Below are positions 36,922 through 46,560 of a DNA stretch of 47,961 nt, piece by piece. The position numbers were made by a program, and so were the translations under genes. How positions within the stretch are numbered: the stretch's first letter is position 1; every line of letters starts with the position of its first letter. The notes under the pieces were generated by a model that worked only from the letters and a program-made list of their open reading frames with translations, was not told the DNA's origin and made no database searches. The stretch is from contig CAZKBD010000005.1 in NCBI GenBank assembly GCA_964550945.1, positions 1 to 47,961 of the forward strand, given 5' to 3'. The stretch comes from an uncultured Methanosarcinales archaeon (GTDB taxonomy: Archaea > Nanobdellota > Nanobdellia > Woesearchaeales > CAZKBD01).

Positions 36922-38529
36922 ATGCGAACAATCATAGTACCAGTAGATGGCGCAACTCATATCAAGCTTGAAGTTTTGAATCTAGAAACATTAGTAACAG
37001 TTGCTTCAGAAATGACTGGAACTCCCACTACACAAGTAGATGGATTTGCATATAACTGCACTGCTGAAGAATTTGCGTGGTTTGATCAACAAATTAAAGC
37101 ATTGCCTGCTGAACTAAGAAGTGCAGCAGTTGTTGCTCCTGTTGCACGAGGCGCTTCAGGTGGACTGGTTGGATGTGATAATAGGCTGATTGAGGGTCCA
37201 GATGGCGGCCTAACATTATCATACGATCATCATTATCCGGAAAGAGTTGAACAACAGTTTAGGCATTTAGCTGGCAGTGAAGCAGAATTCTACGCACAGA
37301 CAGGATCTATGTTAAGCTATCCTGGAAGCTTGACTTTAGCCAAGAGGATGTTATTTGAACAGATGGAAAGGTTGCCTTTGCTCAAACGATCTGGAGGTTT
37401 TGGAGGATATGGAACCTTAATGGCAGGCCATTTCTTAAGCGATGATTTTGTCAGAGCTGTCAAGTTGGCAGGCAACGAGCATAGCTATTGGATGTGCCAT
37501 GCAGGTGCCAGGGATATTACAAAAAAACCAGGAACTCCAAGCAAATTGGTTATTAAGCTTGGACAGATGGGTGGCGAGGAAGGAATGTTTGAACATGGTT
37601 TATTCTGGAATTTTGTTCCAAAAGAAGCGGCTGTTTGTTATAGATCTATTGGAGAAATGCCACGACCTCAAGCTGAGTATCTTACGCTCATAACAATGCC
37701 CCTTATTGTTCCAGGTGCGCATGATACTTGCGTATCCCATATTCCTCTGGTGTCAACATTTTATCAAGCATTTCCTGAAATGAAAGGAAAACCTATAGTG
37801 CATGTTGATGGTGGTACATGGACAATGACTGCTCAGTTAGGTGTTAGGACAGCAGTCCTTCCTGAAAACGGTTATGAACATGGCATTATGTGCCAAGGAA
37901 GTGTTGATGGAGAGCCAGTTGTTACAGGAATGTATAGGGGTGGAACAGATTTTAATTATCTGCAAAGTAGGATCCGAGAAAGATATGGGGGTGCTAGACC
38001 TGAATTCAATGAATCTGCATTAGAACAATCATTAATAGGCCTAAATTGTTTTGTACTTCCAAACTTAACAAAAGAAAGCCAAGGATCAGGACCATTTCCA
38101 AATGTTAATGGAAAAATTCTCAATGAAGAAGAATTCTTTAGTGATCCAGGCAAAGCATTTGTTTATGCAAACTTAATGACTGCTTCAGTTACAGCTTATC
38201 ATGTTGATGAAATAGCTTCAGAAGGAGCACCAATAGTGCTTTCAGCAGGCGCTTCCAAAGATCCATATTTTGGAAGATTGTTAGCGACAATGACTGGAAG
38301 AAAGGTTTATGCAATGTATGATAAAGATGGAAATCCAATAAATGAAACAACAACTTTGGGAATGGGTATTGTCGGCAAAGCAGCTTTGTTAAATTGCCAT
38401 CCTTATGATGTTGATGTTAGCAGTTTAGGAGTTCAATATAAAGAGCTCCAACCATTTACTGGAAGAATCGGTGAGAAGATTAGCCAATATAGGAGCATAT
38501 TAATGGAAAAGATAGTTGAGGCAAACTAA
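36922..38529 (+). CDS. FGGY-family sugar kinase (rhamnulo/fuculokinase-like)
   Basis: VDG...K, GAHDT, DGGTW, G...P and ETTTLG motifs. Confidence 0.7.
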   Translation: MRTIIVPVDGATHIKLEVLNLETLVTVASEMTGTPTTQVDGFAYNCTAEEFAWFDQQIKALPAELRSAAVVAPVARGASGGLVGCDNRLIEGPDGGLTLSYDHHYPERVEQQFRHLAGSEAEFYAQTGSMLSYPGSLTLAKRMLFEQMERLPLLKRSGGFGGYGTLMAGHFLSDDFVRAVKLAGNEHSYWMCHAGARDITKKPGTPSKLVIKLGQMGGEEGMFEHGLFWNFVPKEAAVCYRSIGEMPRPQAEYLTLITMPLIVPGAHDTCVSHIPLVSTFYQAFPEMKGKPIVHVDGGTWTMTAQLGVRTAVLPENGYEHGIMCQGSVDGEPVVTGMYRGGTDFNYLQSRIRERYGGARPEFNESALEQSLIGLNCFVLPNLTKESQGSGPFPNVNGKILNEEEFFSDPGKAFVYANLMTASVTAYHVDEIASEGAPIVLSAGASKDPYFGRLLATMTGRKVYAMYDKDGNPINETTTLGMGIVGKAALLNCHPYDVDVSSLGVQYKELQPFTGRIGEKISQYRSILMEKIVEAN

Positions 38530-38546
38530 ATTAGCAGGAGGTTAAA

Positions 38547-40148
38547 ATGGCAAGATTATCATTTGGCTATGATGCGAGTTCAACTGGCCATAAATTAGTA
38601 GCATTGGATATTGACGCGAGAGAAATAATCGCTACATACCAATTAGATATGAGGGAACTGGCTTCTGAATTCGGTTTTCAAACAACAGAAGAAGGGATGG
38701 TCCAAGGAGCTAATGAAGGAGAGTATTCTTTTCCAGGCCATATCCTTGCTGAGGGATTAGAAAGGGTAATGTTGAAAGCAGCTAGAGACGATTCTTTCAA
38801 AAATGAAGATGTTGTGGCAATGTCATTTTCTGTGCAAGGCCACCTAACAGCTTACCTCATTGGCGATCTTATGCAGACCGCAATTACTGGAGGAGATACC
38901 AGGCCTTTAAGAGAACTGGTTGAGCCATACTTAACATGTGAATGCCCTACTTGGAAAAACTCATCAACAAAGCAACAATCAGCAACCTTAAATGGATTAA
39001 TGAAAGAACGTGGTTTGAATGTAATAACAATGGCAGAGCGCTACCCTGGTTCACAAATTTCTAAAAGAGTAGGCACTGAAGCATATCAAAATGCAACCTC
39101 CATAATGGTAGGCAATGCGTTATTTCCTTTTTTTGTTACAGGAGTTCCAACTTTCTCTGGGCCAGGAGATGCAGCAGCTTCAGGATTTGTGGATTTAAGC
39201 ACTCTTAGATTAGATGAGAGAGCAATGAAAATTATTGCACCAGATTTGCATGAAAAGGTTAAAGAAGTAACTCCTGCAGGCTCTTTAATTGGAAGAGCAA
39301 CAGAGCGTTTTAGGCAGATGGGGTTTACAAATTTGAATGTTTACACCTCTGATCAGGATAATATTAAATCATCAGCATATCTTATCTTTGATCCAGGCCA
39401 TATAATGCCAGTTAGCTTGGCAACCAGTTATACAGCAAGCCCTTATTCTAAGTTCCCTATACCTGGTTTTGAAGGAAATTTTGGGAGCAATCACCCGGAT
39501 TATCCATATATGCCGCTGCTTTGCAAGAATAATGGCTCTACAAGTTTGGTAAGCCTTTTAGACGAGTGGGGATGGAACTCAAAAGATTTTGAAAGGATAT
39601 CCAAGGCTTTACAAGCCACTAAGCCTGGAAATGATGGCGCAATGGCTTTGCCATGGTTCCAGCCAGAGATAGTGCCTTATGCACCAGATGCGCATGGAGT
39701 CATACTTCATGAAACCTATGGTGAAAGATTGTTCGCTAAGGATATGAGGGCGGCTGTTGAAGCCAATGCAGCATCAATGAAAAATTGGAGCGATCATTAC
39801 TTTGGAGACATAATCCCTGGATTGAATGGCATTGCATTTGCAGGAGGCACAACAAACAATTTAGATGTTCTTCAAGTATGGACTAATATGTTTGGTGTGA
39901 AAGGATATTGCTTACAACATGCGCAAAATGCAGCAGCAGTTGGCGCAGCTTTGACAGCAGCAGCAGATTATCTAAGCCATCAGCCAGACAGTCCCCAGAT
40001 TAATTTAAGCCATGTTGTGGCTAGCTTTATTCAGGCTAATCCAGCTGAAAGGGTTATTGAACCAGATAGAGATGCCTCAGCATTTTATAGAGAGGTATTC
40101 AGGCCAGCATATGCACAATTTGAAGCGCAACATTCACAGAAAAGATAA
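38547..40148 (+). CDS. FGGY-family kinase, xylulokinase-like
   Basis: GYDASSTG.K, SVQGH, W..SST..Q, ERYPGSQI, DN, SLATS and GGT..N. Confidence 0.8.
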   Translation: MARLSFGYDASSTGHKLVALDIDAREIIATYQLDMRELASEFGFQTTEEGMVQGANEGEYSFPGHILAEGLERVMLKAARDDSFKNEDVVAMSFSVQGHLTAYLIGDLMQTAITGGDTRPLRELVEPYLTCECPTWKNSSTKQQSATLNGLMKERGLNVITMAERYPGSQISKRVGTEAYQNATSIMVGNALFPFFVTGVPTFSGPGDAAASGFVDLSTLRLDERAMKIIAPDLHEKVKEVTPAGSLIGRATERFRQMGFTNLNVYTSDQDNIKSSAYLIFDPGHIMPVSLATSYTASPYSKFPIPGFEGNFGSNHPDYPYMPLLCKNNGSTSLVSLLDEWGWNSKDFERISKALQATKPGNDGAMALPWFQPEIVPYAPDAHGVILHETYGERLFAKDMRAAVEANAASMKNWSDHYFGDIIPGLNGIAFAGGTTNNLDVLQVWTNMFGVKGYCLQHAQNAAAVGAALTAAADYLSHQPDSPQINLSHVVASFIQANPAERVIEPDRDASAFYREVFRPAYAQFEAQHSQKR

Positions 40149-40163
40149 TTGGAGGCATTGAAA

Positions 40164-41207
40164 ATGCTAAAACTAAACACGTTTTTAAGAAAACAAGATG
40201 AAGCTCATAAGATCTTAGCGAGAGCGTTGCCAGCATTTGCCGAATCGATTGACCCAAGAACAATTGAAGTTGCAGATTTTTCCTTGACAAATCCAGAATA
40301 TCGGGTTGGACGGATTAGAGTTGGACAGATTAGAGAATCAGTTCCATTTGATCAAGGGACAATTAACAGAGTGGGTTTAGAGCTTGTGGTAATCGCAAAT
40401 GTTGCCAGCAGGCAAGTATTACAAGCTCATGATGATGTTCCAGCGCTTAAATCAGGCGGTTATTGCGGAAAATACCTCATATGGACTCCAAACCAATATC
40501 TTCCAATGCATTCTCATGAGCCAACAATTATTCTGCCAAATTCTGAAGATATCCCAAAAGCTATCTTAGAAAAATTGGTTGATTTAAAACAGAGAAATCC
40601 TGATTTTGAAAAAGCAGATGAAAGGCCTGGATTTTCTTTAGACAACTTCAGTTATTATGTTCCGGTAAATAGGCTAAGCAGGGATGATTTAGCAAGGATA
40701 CATGACTATGCAGCAAAACATGGAGGAGAAATTGTTTATGGCAAGGGTGAGACATTTACTGTGCTTCATGGCGGTGGATGGCTTATAGCGCCAAGCATTA
40801 ACCGTGCTGTCTGCGAATCTAGGTATTATGAAAGGCCAATTAGCGATTTTGGCATGGATCAGAGAATACCATCTACAGAATTAGAAATAATGGCTCAACA
40901 AGGTTATGAACTATACAAAGGAGGTCGTCAAATCTCCCGTGAATCCATAATTGCTATTGAGATGAATGTAGGACGTTCTTATGAGATACCTCCTGGGCAT
41001 CCTCATGCTGTTTTGGCTGGGCCTAATGGAAATGTATCAGCAGAAAGCTCTGCGCCTAGTTTTGATCCAGGAGATATATTTTTTGATGGAGCGATACAAA
41101 GAGCAACAAAGATTGCAGTGCCTCTTCTTGATGGCTCTGGAAGCTTTAAGGTAGTTTTAGCAACAGACTACTTTAGAGAGATGGGTTATCGCGTTTCAAG
41201 AGGATAA
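40164..41207 (+). CDS. D-lyxose ketol-isomerase-like cupin with insertions
   Basis: DF.L, GYCGKYL....Q..PMHSH, K.ETF and H...AGP.G..E.S. Confidence 0.7.
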   Translation: MLKLNTFLRKQDEAHKILARALPAFAESIDPRTIEVADFSLTNPEYRVGRIRVGQIRESVPFDQGTINRVGLELVVIANVASRQVLQAHDDVPALKSGGYCGKYLIWTPNQYLPMHSHEPTIILPNSEDIPKAILEKLVDLKQRNPDFEKADERPGFSLDNFSYYVPVNRLSRDDLARIHDYAAKHGGEIVYGKGETFTVLHGGGWLIAPSINRAVCESRYYERPISDFGMDQRIPSTELEIMAQQGYELYKGGRQISRESIIAIEMNVGRSYEIPPGHPHAVLAGPNGNVSAESSAPSFDPGDIFFDGAIQRATKIAVPLLDGSGSFKVVLATDYFREMGYRVSRG

Positions 41208-41228
41208 AATAAATTGGAGGACGGGAAA

Positions 41229-42254
41229 ATGACAAAAGCTTTATTCATTCCATCAGCATTCGCTGATGAAGCTGTTAGAGATAGAAGAATCGCTGATCTT
41301 GAGCAGCAATTGGATGCAGTTGCTGGCCAGGGATTATTATATTATACTGCAAGAGCATTTAATTTTAGCGGAATACCCGGAGAAAACGTAAATGTGACTG
41401 GTTTAAATCCTGATCAATTGGATGGGATTGTAAAACTCAACAAAAAATATGGCATGAGAGTTGCAACTCTAGGAACGCCTATTGGAAAAGCTGGCTTAGT
41501 TGAAGGACGACCAGCAAAAGCAGATTACAAAAGCCCAGAGCAAGTAAGAGTACAGCTTGAAGGTGCATTTAGGGCTGGTGATAAATTAGATTGCAGGCTT
41601 ATAAGGGGATTTTCTTTTTATCCTCCTGATGGGGCTAAAGAGGCTAAAGAGGGAGAATTTTATTCCCTAGCTTTTAAGAGATTATGGGAAGAAATAGTTG
41701 TACCTTGCAAAAATCATGGTTTTCTTTTTGGAATCGAGCCTGAGCCTGGATTAACTGCAGCTGATGGAGCCACTTTGAATAAGCTAGTAAGCGAGTTACC
41801 CAGCAAAAATGTTGTCGGCATTTATGATGGGGCTAATCTCCATGTTGCAGGATTAGATGGAGTGCATGAGTATTTTGCAATGAGGGGTGTTCTTGGCTGG
41901 TTCCATATTAAAGATTATAATCAGCCTTGTCCAGGCGGCAGGACAGTAGATGAGGAAGCGCTTAAGCATTTCTGCCCTGCTGATAGAGGATTAGTGGGCC
42001 ATCAGGCAATAATGGATGATTTTGCTTCAAGGCAAGTTGAAACTTATGAGAAACTGAGGGCTTTTGGTATTCCAGGCATTCCAGCAGATGTTGAAGGCCA
42101 TATTGATGGCGGTGGATTATTTGGAGGATTCTCAAATCCAGTTGGCTTTGGAATGGCAGTAAGGGGTTTGTTAAACGTGCTGGACAGAGCAGGCATCAAA
42201 TACGAGTTAAGAGATCACGACCAGATGGTTTCGTTCCAGCAGTATTGCCAATGA
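41229..42254 (+). CDS. sugar phosphate isomerase/epimerase (xylose-isomerase-like TIM barrel)
   Basis: SAFADE, GTPIGK, IRGFSFY, D.AN, HIKD and E.H...GG.FGGFS. Confidence 0.8.
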   Translation: MTKALFIPSAFADEAVRDRRIADLEQQLDAVAGQGLLYYTARAFNFSGIPGENVNVTGLNPDQLDGIVKLNKKYGMRVATLGTPIGKAGLVEGRPAKADYKSPEQVRVQLEGAFRAGDKLDCRLIRGFSFYPPDGAKEAKEGEFYSLAFKRLWEEIVVPCKNHGFLFGIEPEPGLTAADGATLNKLVSELPSKNVVGIYDGANLHVAGLDGVHEYFAMRGVLGWFHIKDYNQPCPGGRTVDEEALKHFCPADRGLVGHQAIMDDFASRQVETYEKLRAFGIPGIPADVEGHIDGGGLFGGFSNPVGFGMAVRGLLNVLDRAGIKYELRDHDQMVSFQQYCQ

Positions 42255-42390
42255 TTATTTTTTCCATCACCTTTATAAGCTGAACAATATTTTCAACCGA
42301 TGAAAAGAGGTTCTGGTATTTATAATAAATGAGATGATGGAATAGGAAGAGGAATAGTGGTTTCATAATACTGAACAAGGAGGATAAAAA

Positions 42391-43659
42391 ATGTCAGCAT
42401 CTTTATACAGAAGAATAAAAGCGTTAGTTGAATTGAACCATCAAAAGTATACTCCAAAAACGGCAATTCAATATCTAAAGGGAAATACTGGCCAAGAAGT
42501 TGATTTTCTTAGCGCAGGGGTATTGGTTCTTGATGTTGGGCAGTCAGTTCAAGTCCCAGGGGTCGAGATTAAGGAAGGGGAGCTTAGCGTCCCAGCAGAC
42601 GAGATTATTAAAAACAGGCCAACATTAACAGTTGAGCAGCTGGCTTCTTCAGAGTTTGGAGGCTGTGGAAATGTAGTATTGCCAGCAGCAGCTTTAGGCA
42701 TAAGAACAGGAGTTATGGGATTTACTGGTCAGGATGTAGAGGGCAATTATTTTCGTAAGAGTATGGAACAGTATGGAGTCACTACTTCAGGGATGATTGT
42801 AGACGCCATGCACAGAAGCGATGTTTCTATAAAAATTCAGGTTGAAGACCGCACTAAAAGAGAGCCATTGGTATTTTGCGAAGATGCTGGAAAATACTTT
42901 CATTTTGGGAGTGCTCAGGCAAAAGAAAGATTAATCGCACTCAATCCAAAAAGTGTTCAAATAAGCTATTCTGGATTATTTGAGAATGGAGCAGATTGTG
43001 GCGGGGGGGATTTGCTTGCAAATGACATTAGATGGATTAAAAAAACTCTAGATTCATTAGTGATGGTTGATACCCATACATATGCTGGAGATCAAAAAAG
43101 GTATGACTGCTTAAGGCCATCTTTAGAAGTTGCGGATATGTTTGTCTGCTCTGATGATGAAGTGGAGCTGATGATTCCACAATACAAACTCTCATCAGGA
43201 AATACTAGAGCAGAGAAGAGGCAAGCATTTTTTAATTTTTTAAAAGATAACTATTGCAAAGAAAATGAAGCAAGATTTTACGCAGTAACATCTCCAGAAG
43301 AGGCAGTTGTCTTATACTACAAGCCAAATGGAGAATCAGTGCAGGTTACAGTTGAGAATTGGTTCACAACAAATAACGGAGAGATATTTACAACAACAGG
43401 CGCAGGAGACTCATGGAGAGCAGGATTAAACGCTTATATATTAAATCATGAGCAGGAGTTTAAGTCAGGAAGATTAAATGTTGAAGAAGCAGTGCAGTTT
43501 GCAAATCTTACTGCTAGATTATATATTTCTGGCTCAAGGACAACTGCGTTTAAAAGCTATCAATATACTGATCTATTAAGGTTAGCTTCTGGACAAAAAC
43601 CAACAGAAGATTTGAGGCCATTGACAGCTGTGTACAAAGCATTGGACAGAGCGGCTTAG
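42391..43659 (+). CDS. PfkB-family carbohydrate kinase
   Basis: GGCGNV, G.D..G, TTGAGDSWRAG and FAN motifs. Confidence 0.88.
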   Translation: MSASLYRRIKALVELNHQKYTPKTAIQYLKGNTGQEVDFLSAGVLVLDVGQSVQVPGVEIKEGELSVPADEIIKNRPTLTVEQLASSEFGGCGNVVLPAAALGIRTGVMGFTGQDVEGNYFRKSMEQYGVTTSGMIVDAMHRSDVSIKIQVEDRTKREPLVFCEDAGKYFHFGSAQAKERLIALNPKSVQISYSGLFENGADCGGGDLLANDIRWIKKTLDSLVMVDTHTYAGDQKRYDCLRPSLEVADMFVCSDDEVELMIPQYKLSSGNTRAEKRQAFFNFLKDNYCKENEARFYAVTSPEEAVVLYYKPNGESVQVTVENWFTTNNGEIFTTTGAGDSWRAGLNAYILNHEQEFKSGRLNVEEAVQFANLTARLYISGSRTTAFKSYQYTDLLRLASGQKPTEDLRPLTAVYKALDRAA

Positions 43660-43669
43660 CCAATTTAAC

Positions 43670-44599
43670 ATGTATACTCAACCAACTCTTGAGGCAGCAG
43701 TATCTATAGGAATCAGTGAAAGAAAATTAAGGCATCATGGATTTTTGTTTGATGAAGTTAAATGGAGACAACATCTTGATTCTTTAGAGAACAGGTTTCC
43801 TGGCGAGAAATCACTTATAGATGAAGCGAGAGCTGCAGATTATAACCGAGTAGTTCCGCTTTATCTTGACCGCTTAGTTGAAAGGGATTACAGCAAGCTG
43901 AAAAAAGCAGGAATATTGGCAGCAGGCGCAGCAGGCCTGTATGCGCTGTCTGCATTAATGCCAGAAACAACAGAAGCTGCAAAACAATTTTATTCCCATT
44001 ATTTGTCAGAGAATGGGACATTGTCAACCGTTGTTACTAATTCATTGACTATGCTGGCATTCTATGGCGTTGGGGATGGGTTAGCTCAATGGATTGAGGG
44101 AAGGGGATTTGATGCAAGAAGATTTTCAAGAACAGTCAAGCTTGCTGCAGTCTATGGTGCAGAATTTACAGGAGTCTATTCATTAATAGGCAAAGCCACT
44201 TCTGCAATAGGCAAAGTATATGAGCTAGGCAGCCTGGCAACTGCTTTTGTCATGAGCGTAATGGATGTTCCAGGCTATGGGGTGAATATATTCAATCCAA
44301 GGCATGTTTACTTAATGACAAAACAAGGAAAGATTAATCTGTTGGATTATATCAGGATTGATAAGTTTTATGCAAACCTCTTCAAAGATAAATCATTCAG
44401 AAGAAAATGGTGGAATGTTACTAAAGTAGCGCCTGCATGGCTGGCTTACCAAACTTGGAATAGATCTACTAATCCGGAATCAGATTGGGTATTCTGGGTT
44501 GCTTTAGCTGCAGTGCCTTTTGCAGTTTACCTCTCTCTAGTCTCAAATGAAAAAAAAGAATTAAGACAATTGCAGGATGTGATGGCGAAGTTAACCTAA
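43670..44599 (+). CDS. membrane protein, Mpv17/PMP22-like
   Basis: T......GVGD.LAQ..E...FD.RR; several TM segments. Confidence 0.5.
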   Translation: MYTQPTLEAAVSIGISERKLRHHGFLFDEVKWRQHLDSLENRFPGEKSLIDEARAADYNRVVPLYLDRLVERDYSKLKKAGILAAGAAGLYALSALMPETTEAAKQFYSHYLSENGTLSTVVTNSLTMLAFYGVGDGLAQWIEGRGFDARRFSRTVKLAAVYGAEFTGVYSLIGKATSAIGKVYELGSLATAFVMSVMDVPGYGVNIFNPRHVYLMTKQGKINLLDYIRIDKFYANLFKDKSFRRKWWNVTKVAPAWLAYQTWNRSTNPESDWVFWVALAAVPFAVYLSLVSNEKKELRQLQDVMAKLT

Positions 44600-44633
44600 A
44601 CCTTTATAAATAACTGATTATTATTTCTGCTAA

Positions 44634-44978
44634 ATGAGTAAAAAGAAGGAAGAGCAGGCAAGGCAGGAAGAACTTCAAGAGCAGATTTCTAGAATCAAAT
44701 TGCCAAGAGGAAGGCAGACATTTGGGGTTCTTGAGTTGAGAGTCGGGGGCTCAAGGATGAAAGTAAGATGCCTTGATGGGAAAAATAGGATTTGCAGGAT
44801 ACCAGGAAGATTAAAAAGAAAGTTATGGGTTAGGGAAGGAGATATTATTATTGTAGAGCCATGGGAGTACTCAGGAGACGAGAAAGGGGATATATTATAT
44901 AAATATACTAAAACTCAGGTTAATTTCCTAAAAAACAGGGGCCATCTAAAACAGATAGAAGAGTTTGAAGAGTTCTGA
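44634..44978 (+). CDS. eif1a: translation initiation factor aIF-1A
   Basis: C.DGK.R.CRIPGRLKRKLWVREGD.IIV.PW. Confidence 0.96.
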   Translation: MSKKKEEQARQEELQEQISRIKLPRGRQTFGVLELRVGGSRMKVRCLDGKNRICRIPGRLKRKLWVREGDIIIVEPWEYSGDEKGDILYKYTKTQVNFLKNRGHLKQIEEFEEF

Positions 44979-45071
44979 ATATACTAATCTATTTAATAAC
45001 ACCAAGCAATAACCAATATCACTACTCCAGAATAGAAATCCTTAAATATTAGCACTGTTTAACTTTTTAAT

Positions 45072-45596
45072 ATGGGGGGTAGTAGAACAGGTTCACTTAT
45101 TGTAATGGATATAATCCTGCTAATTGCTTTTATTGGCTTGATTATGGTTATTTTTGACCTTAAGAGGTTTTTCTTTATCGGCGAATTGATTTTATTTGGA
45201 GTTATCCTTCTCTTCACATTTATTGCTATGGTTGCTGCTTACCTTGAAGCTAGGTTTGGGTGGGTATTGCTCTCAATTATCTCAGCGGTTATATTGCTGG
45301 ATGTCATCTTTATTTATTTCAAATCTGTGATGTCAAGCAGCATGTTCTTCCTGCTGGTGATATTAGGCGTGGTTGGATTTATAATCTCAGTAGTGAATAT
45401 GGGCAGGGAAGAGGCTGAGCCTGAGATTGAAGAAGTGTTTGAGCCAGGAAAGTTTATTGGCAGCACTACTGGAAGAAGCTATCACGCGCCAAAGTGTGAC
45501 TGGGCAAACAATATCAAGAAGGAAAATCAAGTATGGTTTGATAGCGAAGAAGAAGCAAAGAAAAAAGGGTATAAGGCTCATTCATGCCTTAAATGA
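45072..45596 (+). CDS. 4-TM protein with C-terminal Ada-like metal-binding domain
   Basis: GS...YH...C.W...I...N...F...EEA...GY..H.C. Confidence 0.7.
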   Translation: MGGSRTGSLIVMDIILLIAFIGLIMVIFDLKRFFFIGELILFGVILLFTFIAMVAAYLEARFGWVLLSIISAVILLDVIFIYFKSVMSSSMFFLLVILGVVGFIISVVNMGREEAEPEIEEVFEPGKFIGSTTGRSYHAPKCDWANNIKKENQVWFDSEEEAKKKGYKAHSCLK

Positions 45597-46046
45597 TTCT
45601 GTTCTCCAGAGATAGATTATCATCAATATTGCTCCTATTGAGACAGCGCTGTCTGCTACATTAAAAGCAGGCCATATCCTGAAATCGAGAAAATCAATTA
45701 CATAACCCAGCCTGATCCTATCAATAAGATTCCCAATTGCGCCGCCTAAGATGAGGCCTACTGAATAATGGACTATTGCCTTGTTCTTTAGCTTGTCGTA
45801 ATAAAAAAGCACTGCGCCAATTATCATCAGAGCAACAAATATGAGCAATGTATTTTTTCCTTTTAAAATGCCAAAGCCTGCGCCTGTGTTATGGATGTAA
45901 GTCAGATGGAATATATTGCTGATTATTGGAACGCTTTTGCCAAGATATCTTACCACTAAAAATTTTGAGAACTGGTCAAGAACAATGATCAGGCAAGCAA
46001 GGCCAAATATCCTTAATGCCTTACCAGCTTCTTCTTCTTTCTTCAT
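45582..46046 (-). CDS. lspA: lipoprotein signal peptidase II
   Basis: DQFSK, NTGAGFG, GAIGNLIDR, VIDF and FNVAD motifs. Confidence 0.93.
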   Translation of the reverse strand: MKKEEEAGKALRIFGLACLIIVLDQFSKFLVVRYLGKSVPIISNIFHLTYIHNTGAGFGILKGKNTLLIFVALMIIGAVLFYYDKLKNKAIVHYSVGLILGGAIGNLIDRIRLGYVIDFLDFRIWPAFNVADSAVSIGAILMIIYLWRTESFKA

Positions 46047-46443
46047 GCTCTCCACTGGCTATCCTTTCCAGATGAGCTAATCTCTGGTTTATGCTTTCTA
46101 TTCCGGCTCTTAAAGCATCCAATTTGCTTGACAGAACTTCAATGTTTTTGGATACAATATAATCATTAGTTGACTGCTGCGGCTGTTGTAATGGCTGCAT
46201 TGGCTGATGAAATTGCTGCATCTGCTGCAATGGCTGCTGCTGCATGAAGCTTGGCTGCTCAAAGCTTGGCCTTGAAGGCTCTTCAAAAGAGCCTGGAAAT
46301 CCTGGGCCAATATCAGTAGCTCCAAGTCCTAAATCACGCTCTCTGCCTAAACCAGCATCCATGCCAAAAGGCTTAGGGCCCTCAGGTATCATAAAATCGT
46401 CTTCTTTCTTTTTCCAGAACATCACTTTATCAAAAAAAGCCAC
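46021..46443 (-). CDS. hypothetical protein, Pro/Gln-rich with C-terminal coiled coil
   Basis: GTG start with GGAG; low-complexity middle region. Confidence 0.7.
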   Translation of the reverse strand: MAFFDKVMFWKKKEDDFMIPEGPKPFGMDAGLGRERDLGLGATDIGPGFPGSFEEPSRPSFEQPSFMQQQPLQQMQQFHQPMQPLQQPQQSTNDYIVSKNIEVLSSKLDALRAGIESINQRLAHLERIASGEHEERRRSW

Positions 46444-46560
46444 TCCAGCACCTCTTTTATAATATATTTTAATTAGAAATATATAAAGTTTTGGTTTTGC
46501 AAAGATTTATAAATTCAGGATTAACTAGGGCAAGGGTAAAACCTAATGGAGTGATTACTG

